Below, piece after piece: positions 17,601 to 26,008 of a stretch of DNA of 61,742 bases (position 1 is the first letter of the stretch; the number at the start of each line of letters is the position of its first letter). Both the position numbers and the translations under genes were made by a program. Source of the stretch: Methanobacteriota archaeon. GTDB lineage: Archaea > Thermoplasmatota > Poseidoniia > Poseidoniales > Poseidoniaceae. The stretch is from NCBI GenBank assembly GCA_018650165.1, contig JABIGM010000027.1, positions 1 to 61,742 of the forward strand, in the 5' to 3' direction. Under the pieces are notes generated by a model, which ran no database searches, had not been told where the DNA came from, and saw only the letters and a list, made by a program, of their open reading frames with translations.

Positions 17601-19983
17601 ACATTCAAGATTACAAACTGAAATTTCTAACATAGATGGACAACCTCTGCAAGACGGTATTGAATACTGGGCCGTAGTTGTTGTTGAATACAATGATGGA
17701 AGGTTTGGAATCCCTTCAATGCCATTTGGGCCAGCGACTCCTACCGATGAAGTACCCACTCCTCCGATTTGGGCAACTGCTGTATCTGGAGATCAGGTTG
17801 TTGCGGTTGATGGTGAAGTATTTGCTGAATGGGCACGTTGTGCTGCACTAGATTTGGCAAGTACTCGCGTTTACGCTTCTACTACTGAAATAAGCGATGC
17901 TCTCGGATTAAGCTTGAATACAGAAATTATGCCTCAAGTCGGGAATGTCAGTACTCTAACACTCGAAGCTGGTAAGCCTCATTGGCTAGCATTCACTTGT
18001 GTTGATGAATCTGGACAAGAGGATTTGATGAATGCTACAGTAATCGGACCAGTCGTGCCAACTGGAGGGGTTAATGACGGTGTACCACCGCCAAAACTCA
18101 CTGGTGTTTGGGCAGAAGATGTACCCGCTGATGATGGCGGTAGAGTGCAAATTGGCTGGGATAATTCCGTCGCCAGTGACTGTGCTTATGTTGTAGTATA
18201 CATGATGCCGGTAGACCCTGAGTGGACTATCGCACTCCCCCCGACCAATGTTGATGGTATGGAAGAAGCCGCAATTGTTCCTGATTGTGAAACTAATATG
18301 ACAATTGTCGACTCAATCGGTGAGGCATCATTGATTGATGGCCAAAACTATTGGATTGGCGCTGTAGCCTATGATAAATGGCTAAACGGAGATACTGGCG
18401 ATGTAACACTCCTCGAAGTTACACCATACGTCAATAATATCGATGGTGCTACAGAACCTGATAGAATCAGTGAATTGAATGCTTGGGACCACCCCGGCGA
18501 TGATGGAACTGCAATCGATATTTCATGGTCTCCTTCAGAAGTTGATGATTTCGATTATTATGTCATTTGGACCTCAGTACATCCTTTGGATGACTTGACC
18601 GAGTTCTGGCAATTTGCAGGTACTGAGCCAGGAATCTGCGGATGTATTGTGATGGATAAGCAATGGATTGATACTGCAAAGAGTCCACTCGAATTAACTT
18701 TGAACACTGCGTTGTATGGTGGAGATGGGCTTACGTCTTCGCTACCGGGACAAATCATGCCTGATGTTGAATTATATGTTGCAATTACCGTACATGATAT
18801 CAAAGGAAATGTCTACCTCGATAATCTCAATACTGTAATGGTCACACCTATCGATAATTTAGCAGACATCACGCCACCTGGCCGTCTAGAAGATCTCAGC
18901 CTCTACGATATGCCTAATGACGATGGTACTGCTGTTCAACTCGAATTTGCATTGTCGGATGCTAGTGATGTTGCATATTACGAAGTATATGCAGCCGCGT
19001 TCTCGTTCACATCAGTAGGCGTGGATGGAAACGGTCCTGAGACGCCGATTATTACATTAGACAGAACTCCTGAATTGCCACTAACCATTGAAATTTTAGC
19101 ATACGATGCATTGGTAATTCCAAACCTACCTGTTACAGTTGCAGTAGTTGCTGTTGACTCTTCTGGGAACGCATATCGTGACAATTTAGTCACATCAACT
19201 GCCATTGCTATTGATGATGGTGTTCGAGATAAGGGAGCATATCTTCCTGATATCGAGGGATTGAAATTACAATGGATTAGTGATTCGATAATGGTGACTT
19301 GGGACCACAGCACAAACCCAAGTGTGCGCTCATATATTGTATTCATTTCAGATAGTGAATTTAGTGAAGTTGCTGATGCTACTATGGTTGGGGAAATTAG
19401 TGCCTCGAATACACTTTTGATAACTCCAGATACTTTCATTACTCTCAGTAATGAGAGTGCTTGGTGGGTCGGTGTTGCTGCCAAAGATAGCGATTACAAT
19501 CGCGAAATTATCGACTCCAAAAAGATTGACGCTATTGGATCATCAGGTGATGGAGACGGTGGAAATTCCGATGATGGTGATGACTCATCTACCAATCTGG
19601 GAGAATTATTATCCACAGATAATCTAATCTTAATGGGGTTAGTTTTGATTACAGTGATTTTACTTGTTCTTGTCCTAAGAGGACGAGGAGGGAAATCCGG
19701 TGGTGGCAAAGATTGGGATTTACAAGAAGCCACATGGGGAATTCAAGCACGAGATGGCTGGGACGATGCTGGAGGCTTCGGCGGACAAGTTGCTCCACCA
19801 GTGTCTCCACCTCCTGCAATTCAACCTGCTCAGCAAAGTGACATCTATGCTGCTGCACAACGAATTCAAGAGCCAACGCAGCCTGTTCAACAACAGCAGC
19901 CACAACGTTGGACTCAACCAGTTCAGCAACAACAGCCAGCGCAAGGAGGAATAGACACCTCCTTCTTGGATGACTTGTTGTGA
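11668..19983 (+). CDS. Giant (about 2770 aa) surface protein: signal peptide, multiple regulator-type beta-propellers, FN3-like repeats, C-terminal TM and Pro/Gln-rich tail
   Basis: Hydrophobic signal (FFLVAVMILASMGP). Repeated GLPSNxV/I-type blades, FN3-like modules (W...Y.V...Y), TM LILMGLVLITVILLVLVLRGR and a low-complexity tail. ATG 11668 is preferred over the track's 11638. Confidence 0.85.
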   Translation: MNNLNRALGPAKAAPRAFFLVAVMILASMGPILSSPLVSAHDSANGTIWPKTGSEDTGWVLLNATGADAMNGTQAYADWLLNFAPGATLENVSLEIRADGSNGVSIQQPLLLSPDTGQVLFDWRGNGWLGQTFGFDANNPHQGRLSTNADVGATVTLPSGSEITDFILEVLAPADPFTSLEPVQLYIRDYEIHPVDGRMYMAIGSYILILDANSSPNIIDLFQIKNSENDNYVTDLEMDVANNQMLVTTATGVLLSVNLADTSWNADLPMEPSGGAWSQAHVASNGDMFAFSQAGIFTLNSAGTGWTLEQASGTTNWPSGDPWNTLEHNGIIYSSLLGGGVGRWDVSTMTPLSPWSTANNLHSDYISGFLVAGNQLLISSFDAGIARRDLSGNFWLATWNSGNWLSSDAVKGMTFVNNQIQILTADTVHVYNTNSGTFASSTSLSSIGQVNEGQNILYWPSSGSRSPVNDTVLVTDGSAILAMLEPGSTPLYTGDLVIGSGPNSGDMHDAMQFNGIIYVGSDSYLDRYSISQARWLSPVDMGGAISQIVNDGVNVLVGTLGSGIHVVDSQGNVLDTWDTADGLQSDDVSGLDAEGDWVVAIHPQDGASAFNQSLTTSMANLNEGNSDLDSDSPTGVAIHNGVAYIGTTDDGLNRYIIANDTFLGSWVSTGINDVDFAPVAVYGTNPQILHMGLPGYGVARKDLSTGEILIPLTVTPDRGTPSATEILPSNQVYALAENTVTGGLFIGTGNGAVVWNGNSATELTEGSTWNLQPSQHFDFAFDGSTAYSATNIGVCKYTQTSIQDCQNAQDGMPNWGVYAVGINSTTIFGGTTSGVGLIDKSTFSVTGTWEAGEETENALVVVIDDVAYIGLNGIGVARYDIPNNNWLTTWDQTNLLDAGNEDVTGLVADFRPDHLWVGGGDGFQLINVTSGTETYDIEKNDALYSGNGDPYDLAIYGDTLYYHQQYSSDSVYRIDIANFTAKSELDAGAQVDENGGDVYGLEIIGDVLHVSVASGQWWNTQGSGGIGLYNLTTDSWQAELMPSGSVNRVTSFISSTGTTWVSWGESKLEAFAANGSKLGEWDSLEFPIREIVEFNGEILFATEDGVARYDENTSSWLTTWTPGSGLPNSADDAVYELWTNGTDLVVGTARTQGWNGVNGEILHLDAAGAWTSWDTGSNGIPNGYPIGMVMCAGIFHVAITANNGGVARFDLANGTIETSFTSQRLDDGDAAAVACDDSSDILYVGYYDDQEPISRFDYNNDQWLSSLSTASHNIPSDPVWWGAMEFAGGKLAIGYDIGTQGSNVIGGGYVLLSANGATVGAASILSTGSAVSSIDWLGTQWLIGQAGGTSGYSHVDTLGQLGQNTIHALPNLVSGQVTSMAGNQTHIWVASASWQNTGSGVLQGLRLSNGSVEWQKGWTIPANAAVTDIQLVGTDLYLASNNRGLRLLDTLTGTLQPLPTGIHNFQDGLALVGDDLFIGLQGSGTSSAGIQVFNTTTNSYTAGRLLAGLPSNNINGFLTVTSNTPGGQNMVYIATNNGVGRWNATGSTWETAWTALDGLPISYVEDIIDYDNKIWMATPNGVSMYDSSTASFTTFTPANGLMGTSSWSLVGSTTVSNTGGVTQTQQSLFIAHDGRGTDRPGITQMNTVNQSVIAQHQFDQLPSNMVTAVTADMWGVHIATDIGPLVHWVRSTGQFNSGSNVFTMEDWPVYSMRSDGSYLIAVGENGATVIQAGLNGNSIVGRYAASDSTGGSVISNSYVVVSTANGLKIWTLNTGDELEPTTLRRADPLSLGFQLQFQDVSNYTHPGMQVALVDSNNSVTLGADGTSGAHGILMQNAPLTFSSPISGAATWAKLVDLKWNATVNLSEDPTFITSMQYVIDNGVLLNGTRHVNLRVNSPSNGSMWVKLTYDWFRTETPIQGLSLWDRPDDGGSTLMANWTLVHDDDFSRYLVYLNEGPWASQPTAADLQPRSPDASVSLHSRLQTEISNIDGQPLQDGIEYWAVVVVEYNDGRFGIPSMPFGPATPTDEVPTPPIWATAVSGDQVVAVDGEVFAEWARCAALDLASTRVYASTTEISDALGLSLNTEIMPQVGNVSTLTLEAGKPHWLAFTCVDESGQEDLMNATVIGPVVPTGGVNDGVPPPKLTGVWAEDVPADDGGRVQIGWDNSVASDCAYVVVYMMPVDPEWTIALPPTNVDGMEEAAIVPDCETNMTIVDSIGEASLIDGQNYWIGAVAYDKWLNGDTGDVTLLEVTPYVNNIDGATEPDRISELNAWDHPGDDGTAIDISWSPSEVDDFDYYVIWTSVHPLDDLTEFWQFAGTEPGICGCIVMDKQWIDTAKSPLELTLNTALYGGDGLTSSLPGQIMPDVELYVAITVHDIKGNVYLDNLNTVMVTPIDNLADITPPGRLEDLSLYDMPNDDGTAVQLEFALSDASDVAYYEVYAAAFSFTSVGVDGNGPETPIITLDRTPELPLTIEILAYDALVIPNLPVTVAVVAVDSSGNAYRDNLVTSTAIAIDDGVRDKGAYLPDIEGLKLQWISDSIMVTWDHSTNPSVRSYIVFISDSEFSEVADATMVGEISASNTLLITPDTFITLSNESAWWVGVAAKDSDYNREIIDSKKIDAIGSSGDGDGGNSDDGDDSSTNLGELLSTDNLILMGLVLITVILLVLVLRGRGGKSGGGKDWDLQEATWGIQARDGWDDAGGFGGQVAPPVSPPPAIQPAQQSDIYAAAQRIQEPTQPVQQQQPQRWTQPVQQQQPAQGGIDTSFLDDLL
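19876..19938 (+). repeat. Intragenic duplication encoding TQPVQQQQP twice
   Basis: ACGCAGCCTGTTCAACAACAGCAGCCA (19876-19902) and ACTCAACCAGTTCAGCAACAACAGCCA (19912-19938). Confidence 0.8.
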
Positions 19984-20674
19984 TGGTATGATGGAGGGTC
20001 CTAAGAGTGCGGTGTTCACCACCGTCAGAGCAAGAGAGGGACACCTGTTTCATCTCGATTTACATTTGAAAAGACTGACTAGACATGCTGCTGTTCTAGG
20101 CATTACAATCCCAGAAATTATAATTCCAGATGGGTTAACTGGGTTGGTCAAAATTAATATCACCTCCAATGGTTTTGAAATCAATACTAAACCATTCTAT
20201 CAAGACATTCATATGGACGCCGAGGGAATTACTGTACCTGCTCCAAGATGGAGTCGTAAGGTGATGGGAACAAAGCATGGCGATTGGTCACCTTACCATA
20301 ATATCACTTCTGACACTTTGAATAAGGGATTCGATGTTGCCCTTTTAGTACATGAATTCTGTATTATTGATGGTGACAGAGTAATGCCATTGGTCTTGGA
20401 CCATGATGGTATTGTTTGGATTAGCGAATCTGCATTAGGCGGGGTTGATTCCGTGACTTTTGAAGTTTGTAAATCGGCTATTGAAGAAGCCGGGTTTGTA
20501 ATTAGTCAGGGCCGATTAAATGAGAGGCTTGTGGCCCGTGCAAAAGAAGTCGTTCTACTTGGGACTGGAATGGGCGCTGCTAGACTAACGTTATTGGATG
20601 ATGTCGAAATCGGAGATGGGACTAATTCTTTGCAACGTGTTTGTATTTCTATCCTCGGAGAGGATTGGAAATGA
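19970..20674 (+). CDS. pabC: Aminotransferase class IV, 4-amino-4-deoxychorismate lyase-like
   Basis: VFTTVR...LFHLDLHLKRL, the PLP lysine region GTKHGD, and LGGVDSVT / VVLLGTGMG. It is coupled to the pabB-like gene. The true start may be ATG 19988 or 19991. Confidence 0.72.
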   Translation: MTCCDGMMEGPKSAVFTTVRAREGHLFHLDLHLKRLTRHAAVLGITIPEIIIPDGLTGLVKINITSNGFEINTKPFYQDIHMDAEGITVPAPRWSRKVMGTKHGDWSPYHNITSDTLNKGFDVALLVHEFCIIDGDRVMPLVLDHDGIVWISESALGGVDSVTFEVCKSAIEEAGFVISQGRLNERLVARAKEVVLLGTGMGAARLTLLDDVEIGDGTNSLQRVCISILGEDWK

Positions 20675-22623
20675 TCGATAAATTACTCGCTTCACAAGGC
20701 GAAGACAGGATTCTTCTTCTTTCTGGAGGTCCTGAATCTCATTTGGCAAAACGAAATATGTTTGCCAAGGATATGAAGATGCGCCTTGTAATTACTCAAC
20801 CGAAGATAGACCCTCAAGAAAATCACTCTCCCCTTAATGGTGAGACCATCGTCTCTACAGCCAAGACTCCGATGGAGGGGACAATTCAGATCAAAACTGA
20901 ACAGGGTTGGCAAATGACACAAATCGTCAATGCCATGACACTAGAATCTATGTTAAGGACTCTGAAACCCCATACTCCAAACGGAGCTGTGTGGGCTGGT
21001 GCATTATCTTATGATTTAGTTCAGTGGACACAGCCAATCAAATTGCAATACCCGCCGACTGAGGGAGAAATACTTGCAATACTATGGCTTGTTGAAGAAT
21101 GGGAAATGGAGGCTGTAATCATCCCTGAACTTTCTGAACCGATTAGAGTTGAAGGTGAAGTCTCATCTCATAGTGATGAAGAGCATGCAGAAATTGTTCA
21201 CAGAATAAAAAATTCGATTACTGCTGGTGAACTCTATCAACTGAATTTTGGAAGGGCCTGGCAAGGCCCGTTACAAGAAGATCCAGCAATGATTTTCCAT
21301 AGATTAGCCACCAACAATCCTGCACCTTTTAGTGGTTATATCGAAGCCGCAGATTTAGGTTTGGCCCTTGCCTCTTCTTCTCCCGAAATTTTAGTCGAGA
21401 CTGTGGGTGGAATGGCGATGACCGCTCCTATCAAAGGAACAAGACCTAGGGGTTCGGACTCAGACCAAGAGTCTCTGCTCAGACGAGATTTAGTTCATGA
21501 CCGGAAAGAGAGGGCAGAACACCGAATGTTGGTCGACCTCGAAAGAAATGATTTGGGCATTGTCACTAAACCCGGGAGTGTTAAACAATCTCGGTTCGAT
21601 GTAGAGGCGTATGCTAATGTTCAGCATTTGGTTTCTCAGGTTACTGGTGAATTAGTAGATGGCAAGGATGGACTTGATGCATTACAGGCACTGTTCCCGG
21701 GCGGTAGTATCACTGGATGCCCTAAAACCGTTGTTTGTGCCGCAATTGATGAGCTCGAACAGAACCCCAGGTCGTTTTGGACTGGTTCTATGGGATGGAT
21801 AGATGTCCACAGTGGAGATTCAACATGGAATATTATGATTAGAACACTTGAAGCAAGATACTCCACAGAAGGTTGGGAAGGAAGTGTTGTTGCAGGAGGA
21901 GGAATCACTATCGAAAGTAATCCTGAGGCTGAGGTGGCTGAAGCAATATGGAAAGCCGCTGCTTTACGTCGTGCGTGTGGGTGGCTAAATCCTGAATCTT
22001 TATCAATTCCAGAAGGTGAATTAGCAACTTATCCACTCTACCTAGAGCAACAACCTTTCACCGTAGAGAAGAGTTTTAATTTGAATATTGCATTCGTTGA
22101 TAATTTAGATTCTTTCTCACACAATATTATCCACGCTTTACAGAATTTTGGGTGCTCTGTTGAGGTTTTTGATGGGCGTGGAGCCATCACTGAATTTGAA
22201 CACGATGCGGTTGTAATTGGACCTGGCCCCGGTCGGCCAGAAATATCGCCACTATCTATTCATGCAGCCAATCTTGAAATTCCAGTTCTTGGTATTTGTC
22301 TTGGACATCAGGCCATTGGAATAACTAGGGGTATGGAACTTGTTGTGAGTCCCCTTGGGCCCGTACACGGGGTTCCCTCAGAAATAATGGCCAATGGAAA
22401 TGGATTATTGAATAAAGGAAATCACACAATGACACGATACAATTCTCTAGTTTTAACGGGGAGTGGTGAACTAGAGATTACCGCCACGGATGAAACCGGT
22501 TCGCTACCAATGGAAATCAGAGATGGAAATACGTACGGTGTTCAATTTCATCCCGAATCGATTGGCTCTCCAAATGGGATGCAAGTGTTGGCTGAATTTC
22601 TCAACCGGGTAGCGCATTGTTGA
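20671..22623 (+). CDS. pabB: Aminodeoxychorismate synthase: chorismate-binding domain fused to a C-terminal glutamine amidotransferase
   Basis: [52 protein letters not shown] and NIMIRT, then GATase [20 protein letters not shown] and [11 protein letters not shown] 20671 overlaps the upstream TGA (ATGA). Confidence 0.85.
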   Translation: MIDKLLASQGEDRILLLSGGPESHLAKRNMFAKDMKMRLVITQPKIDPQENHSPLNGETIVSTAKTPMEGTIQIKTEQGWQMTQIVNAMTLESMLRTLKPHTPNGAVWAGALSYDLVQWTQPIKLQYPPTEGEILAILWLVEEWEMEAVIIPELSEPIRVEGEVSSHSDEEHAEIVHRIKNSITAGELYQLNFGRAWQGPLQEDPAMIFHRLATNNPAPFSGYIEAADLGLALASSSPEILVETVGGMAMTAPIKGTRPRGSDSDQESLLRRDLVHDRKERAEHRMLVDLERNDLGIVTKPGSVKQSRFDVEAYANVQHLVSQVTGELVDGKDGLDALQALFPGGSITGCPKTVVCAAIDELEQNPRSFWTGSMGWIDVHSGDSTWNIMIRTLEARYSTEGWEGSVVAGGGITIESNPEAEVAEAIWKAAALRRACGWLNPESLSIPEGELATYPLYLEQQPFTVEKSFNLNIAFVDNLDSFSHNIIHALQNFGCSVEVFDGRGAITEFEHDAVVIGPGPGRPEISPLSIHAANLEIPVLGICLGHQAIGITRGMELVVSPLGPVHGVPSEIMANGNGLLNKGNHTMTRYNSLVLTGSGELEITATDETGSLPMEIRDGNTYGVQFHPESIGSPNGMQVLAEFLNRVAHC

Positions 22624-22649
22624 AGAGGAGGCTGTTCTTGGCGGTTACT

Positions 22650-23036
22650 ATGCCGACCTGCCGACACTGCTACGGTACCTATGCACGTGGCCAATTTATC
22701 CACGGAAACGGGCCACGGGCGCAAGTTTGTGTTCGCTGTGGAGTCGAGAAGGGTTTAGTTACTGAAGATGAAGTTGCTTCGCTATATGATGCATCAACTG
22801 CAAATGCAAGATTTTCAGCTCTAGCCCGCCGCTGGTCTCCACTCATGTGGCTTTCAGTTCTGTGGACTGCATGGATTCTTTTCCTTTCTGATGTTGACCC
22901 ATGGCGACTTTATGCACTGGTTCTACTCGTTGTTTTCACCTTGCTATTGCCGGTTTACATGATCTTCTTTTCTTCGAAACACATGGCGGTAATGGCGAGA
23001 CTCACACCTGATTATGAACGCCCAAAGGGACATTGA
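22650..23036 (+). CDS. Hypothetical Zn-ribbon (CxxC...CxxC) membrane protein
   Basis: MPTCRHC...VCVRCG followed by two TM helices. ATG 22650 preferred. Confidence 0.62.
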   Translation: MPTCRHCYGTYARGQFIHGNGPRAQVCVRCGVEKGLVTEDEVASLYDASTANARFSALARRWSPLMWLSVLWTAWILFLSDVDPWRLYALVLLVVFTLLLPVYMIFFSSKHMAVMARLTPDYERPKGH

Positions 23037-23075
23037 ATTATTTTTGATAAAATAAATATTCTAGCAGGTGGTTTA

Positions 23076-24728
23076 GTGAAAGAAGAAATTCATGATGCTA
23101 TATTGGTTGAAGATGATTCAAACACAATACCGTTGTCTTCGTTCAATATTAATCTATCTTCGATGAATATTTTGGTGGCAACTGGTTTAATATTGCTATT
23201 ATTATCATCTACAATTCTATATTCAATCTTATCCGAGGAAGAAGGTTTTGTAACTGTAAACAATGAGACTCCTCCCGCAGATTCAAGAATCTTTGTGACC
23301 GATGGAAGCGGGAATGCTGTGTCTGACGACCCTCTCGAAATGGATTTCATATTCAGTGACGTAGGTGAGACCGGAAAGGAGCCGAGTATTGGAATTACAT
23401 CTAGTGGCTGTATGTTCTTCATAGCAATGGAGAAGCCGATGCGTTCATGTGATTATGGCGAGAGTTGGACAAATGTCGCCGACATTACCCAAGCCCCGTT
23501 TACTAGCGACCCTTACGGATGGGTTGACCCTGTGACCGACCGGATATTCAACATCCATATGATGGGCCTAGAGTCTACTTGGATTGGATGGTCGGACAAT
23601 GATGGCGAAACGTGGTTAGGAAACCCTCATGATTCTGGGACAACTCCTCTGAATGACCATATTAAATTGGCAACTGGGCCGTGGAGAGATAATGGTTTGT
23701 TCGGCCCCATTGGACAACTAAATCCAACCTATGATACTGCTGTATATTTCTGCTTTAACAAACTTGTAGGAATCTCTTGTTTCACTAGTTTTGACGGTGG
23801 TGCGACTTTTGAGGTTGGGGGGAATATAGTTGGTCTTGCATCGACAAATGGGGGATTGCACGGTGCAATTACAACCGCTCCTGATGGGACGGTGTACCTT
23901 ACACCTCGTGTACCGACTCCAACACTAATTTTCTCCAAGGATAACGGATTGAATTGGGAAGAAAGAGAAATGGGAACCGATGTTGGAACCCCTAACCCTC
24001 GGAAAAACTCTGAGGTTGCCACGGATAGTGATTCCAATGCGTACCATATTTGGACTGGTAATGACCAAGGAATTTACATGTCTAGAAGTATAGATTCTGG
24101 AGAATCGTGGGAACAGACTAGCATTCGTATTAGTCCAGCAGAAGTAATCTCTACTGCATTCCCTCAAACGGATGCTGGCGACCCAGGGAGAATTGCAATA
24201 ACTTACCTCGGTAGTGAAAATGGTTCGCTAATTGATACTACAGATATTGATGGTAACAATTGGACCGGGAATGGACACTTCGCACCTAATGGAGTTCACT
24301 ATCACCTGTATGTAACCTACAGTTTGAACGCTCTGGATGAAAATCCTGTATTCCATACACGAAGGGTAACTGATGACCCTGTGCAAATTGGTGCTATGTG
24401 CCTAAACAGTGGTGATTGTCGCAGTGACCAAGGTGGTTCAAATCGAAACCTTTTGGATTTCAATGATTTGACTATTGATTTAGAAGGGCGCGTTTACATT
24501 GCATTTGCAGATGGTTGCACTGATGCTTGTGCATCAAGTCCTGACCCACAACCTGCCGATTCTAGAACGGGGCGCGGCTCTGTGTACTTCATGGCAAATG
24601 GCCCTAGTCTGTATGTCGAAGTAGGAGAAATGGCATCTCCGGTTGAATCTCCTCCCCCTGAAATGAGTGAAGTTAAGAGATCATTATTTGATATCGAAGC
24701 TATAAGGCAAGAAAATAACGACGAATAA
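23076..24728 (+). CDS. Membrane-anchored BNR/Asp-box beta-propeller (sialidase-fold) protein
   Basis: N-terminal TM and five Asp-boxes: SCDYGESW, SDNDGETW, SFDGGATF, SKDNGLNW, SIDSGESW. Confidence 0.75.
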   Translation: MKEEIHDAILVEDDSNTIPLSSFNINLSSMNILVATGLILLLLSSTILYSILSEEEGFVTVNNETPPADSRIFVTDGSGNAVSDDPLEMDFIFSDVGETGKEPSIGITSSGCMFFIAMEKPMRSCDYGESWTNVADITQAPFTSDPYGWVDPVTDRIFNIHMMGLESTWIGWSDNDGETWLGNPHDSGTTPLNDHIKLATGPWRDNGLFGPIGQLNPTYDTAVYFCFNKLVGISCFTSFDGGATFEVGGNIVGLASTNGGLHGAITTAPDGTVYLTPRVPTPTLIFSKDNGLNWEEREMGTDVGTPNPRKNSEVATDSDSNAYHIWTGNDQGIYMSRSIDSGESWEQTSIRISPAEVISTAFPQTDAGDPGRIAITYLGSENGSLIDTTDIDGNNWTGNGHFAPNGVHYHLYVTYSLNALDENPVFHTRRVTDDPVQIGAMCLNSGDCRSDQGGSNRNLLDFNDLTIDLEGRVYIAFADGCTDACASSPDPQPADSRTGRGSVYFMANGPSLYVEVGEMASPVESPPPEMSEVKRSLFDIEAIRQENNDE

Positions 24729-26003
24729 TCACGACTTAGCGTGAATCTTGATTACATCATTGTCTCCACATTCGTGGTCCGAACCTACGACTCTTCTAGT
24801 ACGCCCATCGACTGCTTTGATGAAACCATTTCCAAGGTCGGTATGTACTTTGAAAGCAAGTGTCTTGGCTTCAATTCCATTAGGAACTACAAAGGCGTCA
24901 GGAAGTATTCGTCCCTCACTATCTTTCCATGCAGTTTCATCAGCGACAGGATATACTACAACATGCCCTAGTGCACCGAATAGTACGTTAGATAGTAGTT
25001 CGGAAACACCGGTTCCTTTCGCCAAAGATAATTTTTCTTTCATTGAAGATAAAGCGTTTAATTGAGCCGGATTCAATTTTGATTCATCCAAAATTGAGAA
25101 AGTGTGCTCTCCCGGCACATACGAAATCATTCCACCAGAGTCTGCTCTTCGTAATGCCAATTCCATATCTGCCATAGTTGGCTGGATTAATCCAGTTGCT
25201 GTAATTGAATCCCAAGGTGTACCCTTTGCAGAATCTGCTTTGTTAGCAGCAATGTGAATTGGGAATAATTGCTTTCTCAAATATGACGCCAAAGAAAGCA
25301 CCCTCTCATCAGGCCACATCCAAGGCGTCTCGAGATTACCCCATTCGTTCCTAAAGCCGTCCAATGCTTGTAGTACATGAGATAATTTTGCACCCAGGCC
25401 AGTAAATCTCTCATGAAGGAAGGATGTCAAACCTTTCTCGCCTTCAGCCTGAACTCTGCGAGCACCTCGTGACCATCCATCGGTAAGAATACCATATATC
25501 CATGAATCTAATTCTGTAGTGAGGAATTCTGTTTCTTCTTTAAGAGAAAATTCAACATCATCAACTGCTGCGATTGGATTACCTTCAAGATCAGTTAATC
25601 CAGCCGCATCTACGACTTGTATTAGTGCATCGCAATTAGCTAAATCTGACAGGAAAGCATTGCCCCTTCCCCTTCCCTCTGAAGCACCAGGAACCAGTCC
25701 AGCAACATCTACCAAAAAGGTTGGAACTAATCTAATATGTCCAACACAAGTTCCGGTCCTTGGCTCACAAATACTGCCTCTTCGCGGGTCATCTTCGCTT
25801 GTCGCTTCTAGCCGCCCATCTGATTCGAGACGTTGTCGCAAATCTTTGCAAGGGCAGGGTTGTGGTGCGGCTAGAAAGGCAACTCCCACATTAGCATCTA
25901 TTGTACAAAATGGATAATTTGCAATGTCGACTTTGGCTAATGTTGCAGCACTGAAATAGGTGGATTTGCCTACGTTAGGCTTCCCAACCAAACCGATGCG
26001 CAT
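24729..26003 (-). CDS. ychF: Archaeal YchF/OBG-family ATPase
   Basis: GLVGKPNVGKST, ANYPFCTIDAN, DVAGLVPGASEGRGRGNAFL, AANKAD and the TGS domain (LAFKVHTDLGNGFIKA). Confidence 0.92.
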   Translation of the reverse strand: MRIGLVGKPNVGKSTYFSAATLAKVDIANYPFCTIDANVGVAFLAAPQPCPCKDLRQRLESDGRLEATSEDDPRRGSICEPRTGTCVGHIRLVPTFLVDVAGLVPGASEGRGRGNAFLSDLANCDALIQVVDAAGLTDLEGNPIAAVDDVEFSLKEETEFLTTELDSWIYGILTDGWSRGARRVQAEGEKGLTSFLHERFTGLGAKLSHVLQALDGFRNEWGNLETPWMWPDERVLSLASYLRKQLFPIHIAANKADSAKGTPWDSITATGLIQPTMADMELALRRADSGGMISYVPGEHTFSILDESKLNPAQLNALSSMKEKLSLAKGTGVSELLSNVLFGALGHVVVYPVADETAWKDSEGRILPDAFVVPNGIEAKTLAFKVHTDLGNGFIKAVDGRTRRVVGSDHECGDNDVIKIHAKS

Positions 26004-26008
26004 TCCGT

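Noticed and set aside
20671-22623. Anthranilate synthase TrpE(G)
   Set aside because: The PIKGT motif, the adjacent PabC-like gene and the absence of other trp genes favour PabB. Not fully excluded.
23076-24728. Calling the Asp-box protein a true sialidase
   Set aside because: No RIP motif or recognisable Arg triad. Asp-boxes alone do not define activity.
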